From contig NC_057750.1 in the NCBI RefSeq assembly GCF_004010195.1, positions 19,876,117 through 19,940,116 on the forward strand: a stretch of 64,000 nucleotides of DNA, given 5' to 3'. Shown in pieces: positions 10,920-22,955 of this stretch (position 1 is its first letter; each line of letters starts with the position of its first letter). The translations under genes were made by a program, and so were the position numbers. Source of the DNA: Chiloscyllium plagiosum (Eukaryota). Under the pieces are notes generated by a model. The model saw only the letters and a program-made list of their open reading frames with translations, ran no database searches and had not been told where the DNA came from.

Positions 10920-13917
10920 TAGAATCATAGAATTTACACAAGGAAACAGAGCTGTTCGGTCCAAGCAGATAACTTAAATTAATCTAGTCGCATTTGTCAT
11001 ATCTCTCTAGATCCTGCATATCCACATACACATCCAGATGCATTTTAAATGTTGCAATTGTACCAGGTTCCACAATTTCGTCTGGCAGCTCATTCCATAC
11101 ACGTACTACCCACTGCATGAAAATATTGCCTCTTAGGTCCCTCTTAAATTGTTTCACTCTCACCGAAAACTTATCCCTCCAGCTTTTGACTCCCTTAGTC
11201 AGGGAAATACTTTGACTAATCAACCTATCTTTACTCCAGGGAAAAAATTCCCAGCCTATTCAGTCTCTCCCGACAGTGCAAAACCTCCAACCCTAGTAAC
11301 ATCCTTAATAATCTTTTGGAAATTCTTAAGTTTAGCAACATTTTTTGTATAGCTCGGAGACCATAACTGAACACAATATTCCAAAAGTAGGCTTAACAAT
11401 GTCTTGTATAGTAGCAACATGTCTTTCCAACTCCTATACTCAAAACACTGAACAATAAAGGAAACATACTAAATGCCTTCTTTACTATCTTGTCTATTTG
11501 CAACTCTACTTTCAAGGAACTATGAAAGCGCACTCTAATGTCTCTTTTTTCAGCAACATTCTTCAGGACTTTACCATCAGCTCATCTGATCAAGGTCCCA
11601 TTATACTGTGATGTAACTTTCTTTGCTGTCCACTCCACGAGTTTTGGTGTTATCTGCAAACTTACCAAACATATCTCGACAATTCACATCCAAATCATTG
11701 ATATAAATGACAAAAATCAATGGACACAGCACCAATCTTTGTCGCACATCGCTGGTCACAGTCCTGCTAGCGGAATTGCAACACTTCACCAAAAGCCTCT
11801 GTCTCCTACCCTTGATCCAATCTTGTATCCAAATGGCTCGTGATCAAAGCTTGCTGACCAGTCTCCCATACAGAACCTTGCCAAACGCCTTACTGAAATC
11901 CATATAGACAACGTACATCTCTCTGCCTCAATCTTTCTTGTAACTTCTTCAAAAAACTCAATCAAGTTAGTGAGACACGATTTCCCATGCACAAAACCAT
12001 GTTGCCTTTCCCTAATTAAACATTGCCTTTCCAAATACATGTAAATCCCATCCCTCAGGATTCCCTTCAACAACTTACCCATGCTGACATGAGGCTGACC
12101 ATTCTATAGTTTCCTGGCTTTTCCAAATACCGTTCTTGAAAAACGACACCACATTAGCCAAACTTCAGTAATCTAACACCACCACTGTAGTTCTTGATGA
12201 TATACATATCTTAGCAAGGGGCCTTGCAATCACTTCCCACAAAGTTCTCAGGTACACCTGATCAAGTCCTGGGGGTTTATCCACCTTTAAGACATCCAGC
12301 ACCTCCTCTTCTGCAATATGGACACATTTCAAGGTATGGCTTATATTTCCCTAAATTCTCTAGCTTCCATATCCTTCTCAACAGAAAACATTGATGTAAA
12401 ACATTCATTTCGTATGTCAGCCATCTGCTCCGGTTCCACAGCAGCCCTGCTGATCTTTAAAGGAACAGTATTCTCTCCCGTGTTACCCCTTTATCCTTAA
12501 TGTATTTGTAGAAACACTTTGGATTTTCCTTAACTACATTTGCCAAAGCTATTTCATGTCCTGTTTTTGCCCTCTTCAGTATATTCCTATTGCCTTTTCA
12601 TCCTCTAGGGATTCACTCGAACCCTGCTGTCTGTACCTGACGTAGGCTTCCTTCTTTTCCTTGACCAGAACCTCAATTTCTCTCGTCACCCAGCATTGCT
12701 GATATCTTGCTCTTCACACTGACAGGAACATACTCTTGTTATGTCATTGTTGAAGACTTCCCAATTCTCAGCCATCCCTTTACCTGTGAATATCTGTCCC
12801 CAATTAACTTTTGAAAACTCTTGCCAAAAACTATCAAAATTGGCCTTTCTCCAATTTTAGAACTACTGGAATTATGATCACTTGCTCCAAAGTGCTCCCC
12901 GATTGATATCTCAGTCACTTGTATGCTTTATTTCCCAACGAGAAGATCATGTTTAGCTCCTTCTCTAGTACCCACATGCATCTACCTATCATCTCCCACC
13001 TGAAACTGCCTATTGCCTTCCCAGTTACCTCATTCCTATACTGCTATTTATCTCTTAGCCCCTTTCTCTCTCCGACCCCATAATTCCTGATGAAGGGCTT
13101 ATGACTAAAACATCTACTGTCATGCTCCTGAGATGCTACCTGACCTGCTGTGCTTTTCCAGCGCCACATTTTCGATTCCTTCTCATATAGGTACATCCCC
13201 AAACTGAATCAGAAAAAAGTTTCTTGTGCACGCTTAAGAATATCTCTTCATTCAAGCACTTAATTGTATGGCAGTCCCAGTTTATGTTTGGAAAGTTAAT
13301 CCCGATAATTACCACCCTATTATTTTGACAGATAGCTGAGATCTCTTTACAAATTTGCTTCTCAATTTCCTGCGGACAATTGTGAGGACGATAGTGCAAT
13401 CCCAACAAAGTTATATCTTTCTGATTTCTCAGTTCCAGCTAAATAACTTCACTACCCAGAATGACCTTCCTTAGTACAGGCATGATGTTGTCCCTGATTA
13501 AACAGCCTGCCCTTTCTATCCTTTCGATCGCATCTATGCCCTGAAACATTATGCTGCCAGTCCTGTCCATTCCTGAGCCACGTCTCTGTAATTGCTATGG
13601 TACTTCAGTCCCATTTTCCCAAACATGCCTGAGTTCATCAGCCTTACTTGTCAGGCATCTAGCATTGAAATAAATAGTTTAATTTGCCAATGCTACTTTG
13701 TTCTCAGCTTTGCTCATGCCTGCCTTGACTATTTGACTTTTTTTCCTTTTCTCAATTGTACCAGCCTATGTCTGATCCCTTTTCTCACTCTCTCTTTATG
13801 CCTCAACCCAACCCCCTTACTCGATTACATCATCATGGATGGCTCTAGAAAATCTCCTCATCAGTATATTGGTTCCATTCCATTCCAATTCAGGTGCAAC
13901 CTGTCAATCTTATTAAG
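10920..13917 (-). mobile_element. CR1/HER1-like LINE (ORF2 EN and RT remnants) with a nested Penelope-B terminal piece at about 12975-13180
   Basis: QHGFVHGKSCLTNLIEFFEEVT, FVIYINDLD..KFADNTK and endonuclease HYRPHN..NFPNINW; (ATAGA)-type tail at about 10920. Confidence 0.9.
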
Positions 13918-16900
13918 GTCATGACATGCACATCAACAGAGTGTTGGGCAGTTAATGGTGCAGACCAGGGAGTCCTCAGAGGCGTTCCATCTCTCAGTTC
14001 AGATGCCAAGAATCCTATCTTTTCCGTGTCATAGTTCTCATATTAAAAAGGGCAATTGGGAATACTTGCAGCCAATTAAGGCCTGTATTTCCTGCTAAGT
14101 TGCTCAGCGGACCTTTAAAGGTACCATTGGCTCTTTCTACAATTACTGCAGTTTGGGGATGGTTGGCACAATGGAACTTTTTATTCATATTCAAACTTTT
14201 ACATAGTGCCTTGTTTAGCTCCGCACAGAAGAAACCATTATCAGAAGAAACTATTATTGGTTTTCCAAATCTGGGTATGATTACCCTCGGTAGAATTTTA
14301 CAAGTAGTTGTGACTATGCAGTCAGTACAGGGATAAGCTTCAATCCATTTACTACATGCATTGATTATCACTAAGCAATACTTATAACGATGACATCTAG
14401 GTAACTCTATAAAATCTAATTGCATAGTATCAAAAGGTGCACTTGGCAAGGGAGTTTTACCTGGTGGACACCTTACTCCTTTCCTGGGATTATGGTTTTG
14501 ACAAATTAGACAATTTGCAGCTGCTTGTTTTGCTTTTTCTTGCAGGTGGGGATTCCACCAAATTTGGAGAATTCTGTCCACCATTCCCTCCTAACCTACA
14601 TGCGTGTGTGTATGAACATAATCAATTAGAATAGGCAAAGGTGAGTCAGGCAGACATGTCTGTCCCACTGGCATAACCCAAAGCTTATTTTAACAATTTA
14701 AATACTAACCATAGTTCATCCGTCATTGTCGTTCCTCATCAGAGGCGTCCACCTGATGGGTCCATATTTGCTCTCAGTCAGGCATAGACAGGGTGTCAGC
14801 AGAGGAAATATAAGAGTCTCCCTTTTTGTTCAAAAGCTGCTTTCTTAGCAGACATAAAGGTAAAAGACAGAGGGTGGTGGTGGAGGCTTGTTTTTCAGAC
14901 TGGAGTACATTTAGAGGTGAGCAACGATACCACAGAATGCGAGGTACAGATTTCTACATTTTGATGTGAAGTTATATTAGAGGCAGCCACTACCATAGTA
15001 TGGATGGTGGGGAGAATATGGGTGCAGGAAGGCATACCCTGAGCAACAGGGTCAAGCTTAGTAGAATAAAATGCAACAGGGCGCCATGAGGAGCCATGTT
15101 GCTGGGCGAGAACAGCTGTCACACAGGTGTCGAGGATGGAAAAGGTCTTTGTGCCATAAAAGGGGCATTCTGCTGAGGTCCCTGGGGACAGCGACAGGGG
15201 ATTGCCAGCTGCTTCTACTCCGGTGATTAATGGAGGGCTGCTTTGGGAAAGTGCAGTCCTTGCATCAATATCCAGTTTGATTACAATGGAAACAAATGTG
15301 TGAATTTTGGGGGACGCTGAGGGAATAGGGAAGTCAGAGAAGAGTCGTGAGAGGATGTATAGGGAGTAAGGGGCAGCATGGATTGTTGGGGAGTATACAT
15401 AAGAGGACCCCAAGGTCCACTGGGATATTGTGAATACACAGTACCAGTCCTAATGTCCTTCCATACTGGATGACAGTATGAGGATTCCATTTGATAGCCT
15501 GACTGACCTTGTAGACAGAAAGGTTTACTTTGAACCCAGGGTTTAGGTTTAGCCCATGTAGTCTGGGCAAGTTCTGTCTTGATCTTGTCAATGGTAGCCT
15601 TGCTGTTGGGATCCTTTAATTCCCAGAAGTAACAAACCTCTCAGTTGAATTGTGCAACCTTGGCATCTTGCCAGTGGATGCTGTGGGATTAAATAGCACC
15701 CTGTACCTGATCAGATAAGACAGTTATACATAGGACATTAAACTGGCGTGATCGCCTCTGTGGGTAGTTAGCATCACCAGAGTAAGTGCTGTAGAATTCC
15801 TCAAAATGGGTAAGGAACTCCTCAGCCCCTTCACCCAAGACTTTACCCACATCAACTGCACGATGAACTGCTTGGCAGAAAAGGTAATAATCCAATCTGA
15901 TTGTTAGGTTCAGCCTGGTGCCGGACTACAAGCTGGGTATGATTATTACATTGTAAAATTTCTAAGAACTCAGCACATTTTAAAGGGCGCCTAGTTCTAT
16001 TAATGTAATTAACAAATCCCTCAGGATTCTTTCCATAATCTGAAGCCTTATTGATAATGCTTGAGAGGTCATGAAGTTTCCATGGTTGATAAAGATCCAC
16101 AAATTGGGTTTGTCCCGGATTCAGGGCCTGTGGTATAGGAACTCTTTTATTCAGGAAATTTGACTTTGGCCCTCTCTCATCAGTGTCAGTGCAAGGAATG
16201 ATATTAAGATTCCGAAACTTTGATTGAAGAATTGCAATGTCTTTGGGATTTATTTTCAGTGCAGTGGAAATCAAAGGAGTCCCTTCAGTGTTCCCTCCAC
16301 GTTTTAATATTAATTGACTCCGAGTGCAAGGGGCTATGGTTTCTTGGTAAGAAGAATCATTATTTATCTGAACAGTTGGGGGAAGGGCATGGGCCTTGGC
16401 ACGTTTGTCATCAGAGTAGGGAGGGGAGTTCAGGCGACTTTTTGTTTTATAAAGCATGCTTGCCTTGGCCGTACTGTGGGCGAGTTTTAATGGGGTAACT
16501 GGAGGAGGTCGACTCACAGGACGGGAGGCGTAAAGTATTTCCTCCTCCGAATCGTTGTCCCATTTCTCATCTGCAGATGGATCAGGATTCTTTAGTAATG
16601 GATATTTGGGAGAGGAGAGGGTGGGGTATAAGTAACCATCTTTGTCCTTTTTATTATGTTCTCCCTAGCCAGCTCAAATTCTGCTTCTAAATCATGTGCT
16701 TCACATTTGCATTTTAGTTATGTCCAATTTATTTCAGACCGCTCCCCAGTTAATGGACTAATTCCCCATTTAATACAATTTGACTCCATGATGGTTGTAT
16801 GGACTTTACCCATTTTTCCCTAGCTATGTTTTCCCACACTGAAATGGATTCTTTCTGCTTACTTCCATTTCATTTTTTCCAAAAATCCCTTGTTTAATTT

Positions 16901-18244
16901 TAATGAGTAGATTGAAATCATGTGTTCGCCCTCGAGGCCAATCCTTATTCTGTTGAGCAGCTGCAACTGATATTTCCCTTAATTGTTTCTCATAATTAGG
17001 ATACAGACATATTATTTCTGTTAGGGGACATTTGTCCTTCATCTTATCTAAGGTCGTACCCATATTTATCGTACTTACTTTAAACCTTCACAAACTACCG
17101 ATCTACAGGGGCTCCAACCACAATTACTACAGGGGCTCCAACCCCACAAAACACAAAACATCAAAATAAAACACAAAAATTCGCTCACCAACATGCAAAT
17201 GTGCATCCAAACTCAATGTCAAAGGGATAAACTTTCTGCAAGCTGCAGGGATGAATCTCTGTCAGTATGTGTCTCTCGCTCACTCTCTCTCTCGCACACA
17301 CGCGAACATTTTAGAAGATAACAACCTGATAATGAACAACAAGACTAATTATTTCTGCAAAACATTCTTGACATTCTAAAACCCTGACAGTTTCTGTTTT
17401 TAGTACCTATTTAAATGATCTGATTTAGGGTTCTGTCAGCGCACTGTGACAGTGAAATGGGGGAAGCATCCCAAAGGTGCAGGCTGAGAGAATCAATGTA
17501 TAACCTTACCTTGTGCGCCCATTGGTCTTGAGTCTGACCCTTAAGTGAAGCTCCTTCTTTTCCAGTTTCACTCAAACGTATCCCTTGTTGGAACTCTGCT
17601 CGCAGCATCAAATTGTTAAAAGTACAGATTTGAGATGGCACAGGGAATTTCTTATGAACTAAACCTGTAAGTTTCTCTTTTGGTTCATCCAGGAAATCGT
17701 ACTTTTCAGTGGTCTGGAATAAAACAAAATCTCTTACATTAATCATGCCCTTCATTTACTAATACCATAACACTGGTACCTTAAAGTCAAGCTATCAGTA
17801 TTCTATTAATCCACGAGAGTAGAAATTGCTCTTCTTTCAAGAGCCTTGGCCAGCTACTCCATTGTACTATCACAAACTGTCTTTACACACCACTTTACAA
17901 AGGCTGCATTGTCAGAAACACAAAAAGTTAACAAAAGCACTGCATGTTCTGAACTAGAAAGATAATAGAGAAGGACAATAATTTGGAAGAGAAGTTAATT
18001 GCTGCTGAGTTTCGTTCAGTGGTCAGAATTAAACATTGCTTCTTAATTTTACAAAGGAACAACAGTAAATGTTATCACTTAGTGTCTTGTTCATGCAGCT
18101 TCGTTGAGGTTAAGGCAAATGTTCTTATTTATCTTATCTTTTCTGCCATACCAATTTCTAGTATGCAGCAAATGTATTCTATAATTAAAATTTACATTTT
18201 AGTCTAAATGTTTAAGGACAAACTTAAGGCTATAAACTTTCTCA
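13918..18244 (-). mobile_element. Class I ERV, copy 2 (LTR 17614-18244, PBS 17593-17610, gag 15119-17063, tether and IN 13918-15118); env missing
   Basis: Colinear with 1979-6273; gag begins MGTTLDK; knuckle [19 protein letters not shown] 14015-14584 with CLIC, LDFIEL, SDNG and VERANGT. Confidence 0.93.
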
Positions 18245-19380
18245 GCTGCACACTATACACCAGTTATATTGGCAACATTTTCTTCTGCTGGACCCATGCC
18301 GAAGAGTCACAGAGAGAAACAAAACTACACAGTGATATCAATGGGTTGCATCCCACCATCAGACTTACCATGGACTATTCTTTAGCATCTGTTTCATTCT
18401 TGGACACATGCATCTTCATCAAGGGTGGGCACCTCAGTACCTCACTCCATTGCACAGCCACAGATAACCTCACGATGCTACCCTTCTTGAGCTTCCACCC
18501 TAAACATATTAAAACAACCATCCCCTATGGACAAGCATTACACATACACAGGATCTGTTCAGATACGGAGGAAGGTGACGGACACCTGAAGGTGCTCAAG
18601 GATGCCCTTATACGAACAGGGTACCATGTTCAACTCATCGAATGCCAGGTCGAACGTGCCATGGCAAGAAACTGTAATGACCTCTTCAGGAGACAGACAC
18701 GTTTGCAAATGATAGAGTGCCCTTTGTTGCCCGGTACTTCCCCAGAGACGAAAAACTACGCCATGTTCTTCACAGCCTGCAACACATTATCAATGATGGT
18801 GAGCATCTCGCCAATACCTTCCCCACGCCTCCACTTCTCGCCTTTAAACAACCACCAAACCTTAAACAGACAATTGTTCACAGCAATCTGCCCGGATTTC
18901 AGGACAAGATCAATCACAACATAGCACAACCGTGCATGTGAACCAATGCAAGATGTATCAGAGTGACGACATGGATACCACCATTATCTGTGGGGACAGC
19001 ACCCAATGTGCACGCGGCAGGTACTCATGTGACTCAGCCAACATTGTCTATCTCATACGCTGCTGGCATGATGCCCTGACACATGATACATTGGTGAGAC
19101 GAAGCAGAAGGTACAACAATTGATGAATGGACATTGCACAACAATCACCAGGCAGGGTTGTTCACACCCAGACGGGGAACATTTCAGTGGTCAGGGACAT
19201 TTGGACTTGGATATTCGGATGGACAGCTGAACAGCAGTGTTCAGAACGGGCATCAATGGAAAGTCGGGAGTATGGTGCTGGGAAAGCCCAGTAGGCCAGG
19301 CAGCATCAGAGGAGCTTGTAAATCAACATTTCAGGAAAAAGCCCTTCATCAGAAATGAGGCTGGGAGCTCTGGGGTGGAG
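18245..19380 (+). mobile_element. Penelope family A RT/EN fragment plus family B end (duplicate of 6274-7410)
   Basis: ORF 18208-18924 with SVSFLD and IPYGQALHIHRICS; same junctions as copy 1. Confidence 0.85.
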
Positions 19381-19520
19381 AAATATCATTCACATAGCAA
19401 AATAAGTTGGTAGAAAAGGATTCCTTAATATGAATAATGGCGAAGTGGAAGAACATATCGAAGAACATCAAGGAGTGTTGACAAATGAGGAATTAGAAGA
19501 ACTTCTGATGATTAGTAGAA

Positions 19521-19555
19521 TTCCTGATGAAGGGTTTTTACCCGAAACATTGATT
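19521..19555 (+). ncRNA. Minimal hammerhead ribozyme motif (cleavage triplet mutated)
   Basis: CTGATGA-A-GGGT(TTTT)ACCC-GAAA-CATT. Confidence 0.6.
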
Positions 19556-19681
19556 TTCCTGCTCCTCGGGTGCTGCCTAACCTGGTGTGCCTTTCCAGCG
19601 CCGCACTCTTGACTCTACTCTCCAGCAGCTGCAGTCCTCACTTTCTCTCAGTTAGAAAAACTTGTCAAGTAATCAACAGAG

Positions 19682-19874
19682 CTGAAAATGTGTTGCTGGA
19701 AAAGCGCAGCAGGTCAGGAAGCATCCAGGGAACAGGAGAATCGACGTTTCGGGCATAAGGCCTTCTTCAGGACCATAATTCTGTGTCTTATTGTCCTGCT
19801 TCACAACCTGCTCCGCTTTTCCAGCAACACATTTTCAGCTCTGATCTCCAACATCTGCAGACCTCACTTTCTCC
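19682..19874. mobile_element. Palindromic Penelope-B mini-element with 17-bp TSD
   Basis: Inverted arms gctgaaaatgtgttgctggaaaagcg / cgcttttccagcaacacattttcagc; TSD TCAAGTAATCAACAGAG at 19665-19681 and 19875-19891. Confidence 0.8.
19741..19772 (-). ncRNA. Minimal hammerhead ribozyme with intact catalytic core
   Basis: Minus strand TC-CTGAAGA-A-GGCC(TTAT)GCCC-GAAA-CGTC-GA; palindromic ACGT stem III and GUC cleavage triplet; one stem II mismatch. Confidence 0.7.
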
Positions 19875-20403
19875 TCAAGTAATCAACAGAGGAAGACGAA
19901 GATGTGGAAGAAGAAACTGAAACAGAACCAGCTATTGGACACTGGAAAAATTTGGCAGTTTTTCAGTTTGCGCAGCCTTTAAAGGAAAAAGTCCTGGATT
20001 ATGATCCAATGGTGGAACACAGTATTAAAGTAATCTGTACGATCACTGAAGCATTATAACCTCTCCAGCTAATGGTTGATGAGCTGAAAAGAAACACCAA
20101 CATCTTATCATGATATTTTTTCCAAAAGCTTGAAAAACATACCATGTCTACTATTGACAATGAAAAACCATCAACATCGTCTGGTCCTGACATTACCCAG
20201 CCATCAACATCGTCCACTCCTGACATTACCAAGCCATGAACGTTGTCTGCAGTTTCTCCTGAAGCAGATGATCCTCCTTCTGTATCATCTTCACATCATC
20301 ATATCATTGCAGCAATAACAAAGAATGGAGAAGCTGGTGAGTACCGACAATAGGCTAAGATTTTTTTTAAGGAATGCACTTAAAGCTAAACGTAAAAATG
20401 TAA

Positions 20404-20670
20404 TGATTTGGAGGAGCCTGTGTTGGAATGCGGAAGACAGAGTTAAAAATCACGCAACACCAGGTTATAGTCCAACAGGTTTACTGCATTTGGAAGCACT
20501 AGCTTTTGAAGCGCCACTTCTTCATCAACTGGTTGTAAAGCTGGACCATAATTCTGTGTCTTATTGTCCTGCTTCACAACCATCTGATGAAGAAGCAGCG
20601 CTTCGAAAGCCAGTGCTTCCAAATAAACCTGTTGGACTATAACCTGTTGACGTGTGATTTTTGACTTTGC
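20404..20670. mobile_element. Palindromic Penelope-A mini-element with an HHR motif on each strand
   Basis: Arms caggttatagtccaacaggttta / taaacctgttggactataacctg; HHR motifs at about 20497-20530(-) and 20581-20615(+); TSD AAAAATGTAA at 20394 and 20671. Confidence 0.8.
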
Positions 20671-20698
20671 AAAAATGTAAGGCTGTGTTTTTTTTTAA

Positions 20699-20850
20699 GC
20701 TGAAAATGTGTTGCTGGAAAAGCGCAGCAGGTCAGGCAGCATCCAAGGAGCAGGAGAATCACGCAACCTGACCTGCTGCCTGACCTGCTGCGCTTTTCCA
20801 GCAACACATTTTCAGCTTTGATCTCCAGCTTCTGCAGTCCTCACTTTCTC
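20699..20850. mobile_element. Palindromic Penelope-B mini-element
   Basis: Inverted arms; flanking CTGTG(T)nAAG duplication. Confidence 0.75.
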
Positions 20851-21439
20851 CTGTGTTTTTTTAAGAAATACAATAAAGGGTGAATGTAAAAATATAATGT
20901 AAAAATGTACAGCATTTGTACTGTGTGTGTACAAGATAAATTTCATTATTACACGGTCCCTTAGGGTTAAACTCATACGTCACAAACCCATACGTCACAA
21001 ACCCAAGCACTGGTATAATAAGGTACTGTATTATGTATTTTATTATGCTTTTGTGTTGATAATGTCTAATTGTACGCAATTTCTCAGTTAGACATTAGCA
21101 TAGGTATGTGTGCAAACGGAAAATGAATTGCATACAGGGTTTGCTGTCATCTGCAGGTTTGGTAGACTCAGAACGTTTCCCCCACAGATAGAGGGGGATT
21201 TCTATACTGCTCTTTTTGGCGATGGCATCGGAAACTGTCCAATTACCTTTGTTTTTGCTTCTCATTGGACCATTTGTCCATGTCCAATGACATGGCTCAG
21301 GAAGGTGACTTGGGCTTTGGCAAATGCACTTTTAGCTAGGTGTATCACCAACCTGCCTTCTGAAGTCGATCAAACAAGTCTGGTAAATGGTGCAAATTTT
21401 CCTTCCATGTGTGACTAAAAATCACCAAGTCACCTATAC

Positions 21440-21685
21440 CATGGTGGCTCAGTGGTTAGCATTTCTGCCTCACCACGTCTAGGACAGGGGTTCAGTTCAT
21501 GGCTTGAGTAACTGTGTGGTGTTTGAATATTCTCCCCATGTCTGCATAGGTTTCTTCCAGGTTGCTCCAGTTTCCTCCCTCAGTCCAAAGATGTGCAGGC
21601 CAGATAAATTGGACATGCTAAATTGCCCATATTGATCAGGGGTATGTAGGCTAACCAATCTGGTATGGGCCAGGCCTGATCCCCT
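21440..21685 (+). mobile_element. HE1-like tRNA-derived SINE, degraded
   Basis: A-box TGGCTCAGTGG and B-box-like GGTTCAGTTC; body matches the SINE at 39248. Confidence 0.75.
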
Positions 21686-21689
21686 CAAA

Positions 21690-22295
21690 ATATTGCAGAA
21701 AGTAGCCCATACGCTTACTTTGTTATTTGTTTTAATGCGGATCTTTCAGGAGTGATGCTGGTCAAACCACATAGTTTTAAACAAAATAGAATCTATTGGT
21801 ATGATTTACGGAATGAACCCCAAACAAAAGAGTACAGAATACTGAATAATTTATCTGAAAACCTAACAAATTATCACAGCTTAATGATGCTGGTCCAATA
21901 CTTGCAACAATCCCCGTAAACAGAAAATAAAATAAAAATCAAACACAGAGTCTTACAGGAGGGATGTCAGAGAGAGAGCGAAGGATCAGCGTGGACCTGT
22001 TTCTTTAGGTCCAGCAGCTTTTTCAATTGCCAGTCTGCTTTCAGTGAATAGCCAGACAGCCAAACACCAGATCAAATCAGAGTAAAGCTGAGCTGGAAGA
22101 CCTGACCATTCCCCTTTCATTGTGCAAGTGTTTTTTTTTTGAAAGCCTTATGCCTGAGGCTTATATCTGTTAGCTATAATCAAATTCACCCTAAAACCCG
22201 AGCCCAGACTTTTCAGAACCTGTGTTTTTACGAACCCCTGAGAAAAAAAAAACAAAGACAGTATAATGTTGTTAAAGGAGCAGCATCTAAACACA
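21690..22295. mobile_element. Possible solo LTR
   Basis: About 600-bp non-coding block of LTR-like composition; boundaries not confirmed. Confidence 0.3.
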
Positions 22296-22607
22296 TCCAA
22301 GATACTTTTATACATAGGTTTTTAAATTAACATGTTCTGAGATCTTATGACACACATCTAGAGCAGGTAAAATATCTGGTCGAGAGGGAGGAGAACTCAT
22401 CACTTTGCCACAAGAGACTTCAGCCTGTAGTTTTGTTAATAAGGTAAAATTCTTGAAAATGCTTTGAATTGCAAAATAAACATGAGATTGAGTCACAAAA
22501 GCAAATTTGTGGCAAATGATTGAAAGAATGGTAATGGAGGTCAGTTTTAAGCAGTACTAAAGGAGAGAAAGCAAAGTAGTTTGAGGCACAGTGATTTGGC
22601 ATGGTGA

Positions 22608-22955
22608 TTGGTAGCACAGTGAATCAGTGGTTAGCAATGCTGTCACACAGTGCCAGAGACCCAGGTTTGATTACAAACTCAGGCGACTGTCTGTGTGGAG
22701 TTTTCACATTCTGTCTGTGTCTGTGTGGGTTTCCTCTGGGTGATCTGGTATTCTACCACAACTCAAAGATGTGTAGGTCAGGTGAATTGACCATGCTAAA
22801 TTGTCCATTGTGTTCAAGGATGTATAGGTTAGGTGCATTAGTGGAGGTAAATATAGGGTAGGGGAATGGGTCTGGCTGGGTTTCTCTTTGGAGGGTCAGT
22901 GTGGACTGTTTGGCCGAAGGGCCTGTTTCCATATTGTAGAGATTCTATGATTCTA
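22608..22955 (+). mobile_element. HE1-like SINE
   Basis: A and B boxes, SINE body, CR1-like tail GGCCGAAGGGCCTGTTTCC..ATTCTATGATTCTA. Confidence 0.85.

Larger units (their letters stand above)
19381..21206 (+). mobile_element. Tigger/pogo DNA transposon 3' part, interrupted by four Penelope-derived mini-elements
   Basis: GFLNMNNGEVEEHIEEHQGVLTNEELEEL..STEEDED..LKEKVLDYDPMVE resembles the Tigger transposase C-terminus; end GAACGTTTCCCCCACAGATAGAGGGGG resembles the Tigger/MER2-type TIR. Confidence 0.7.
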
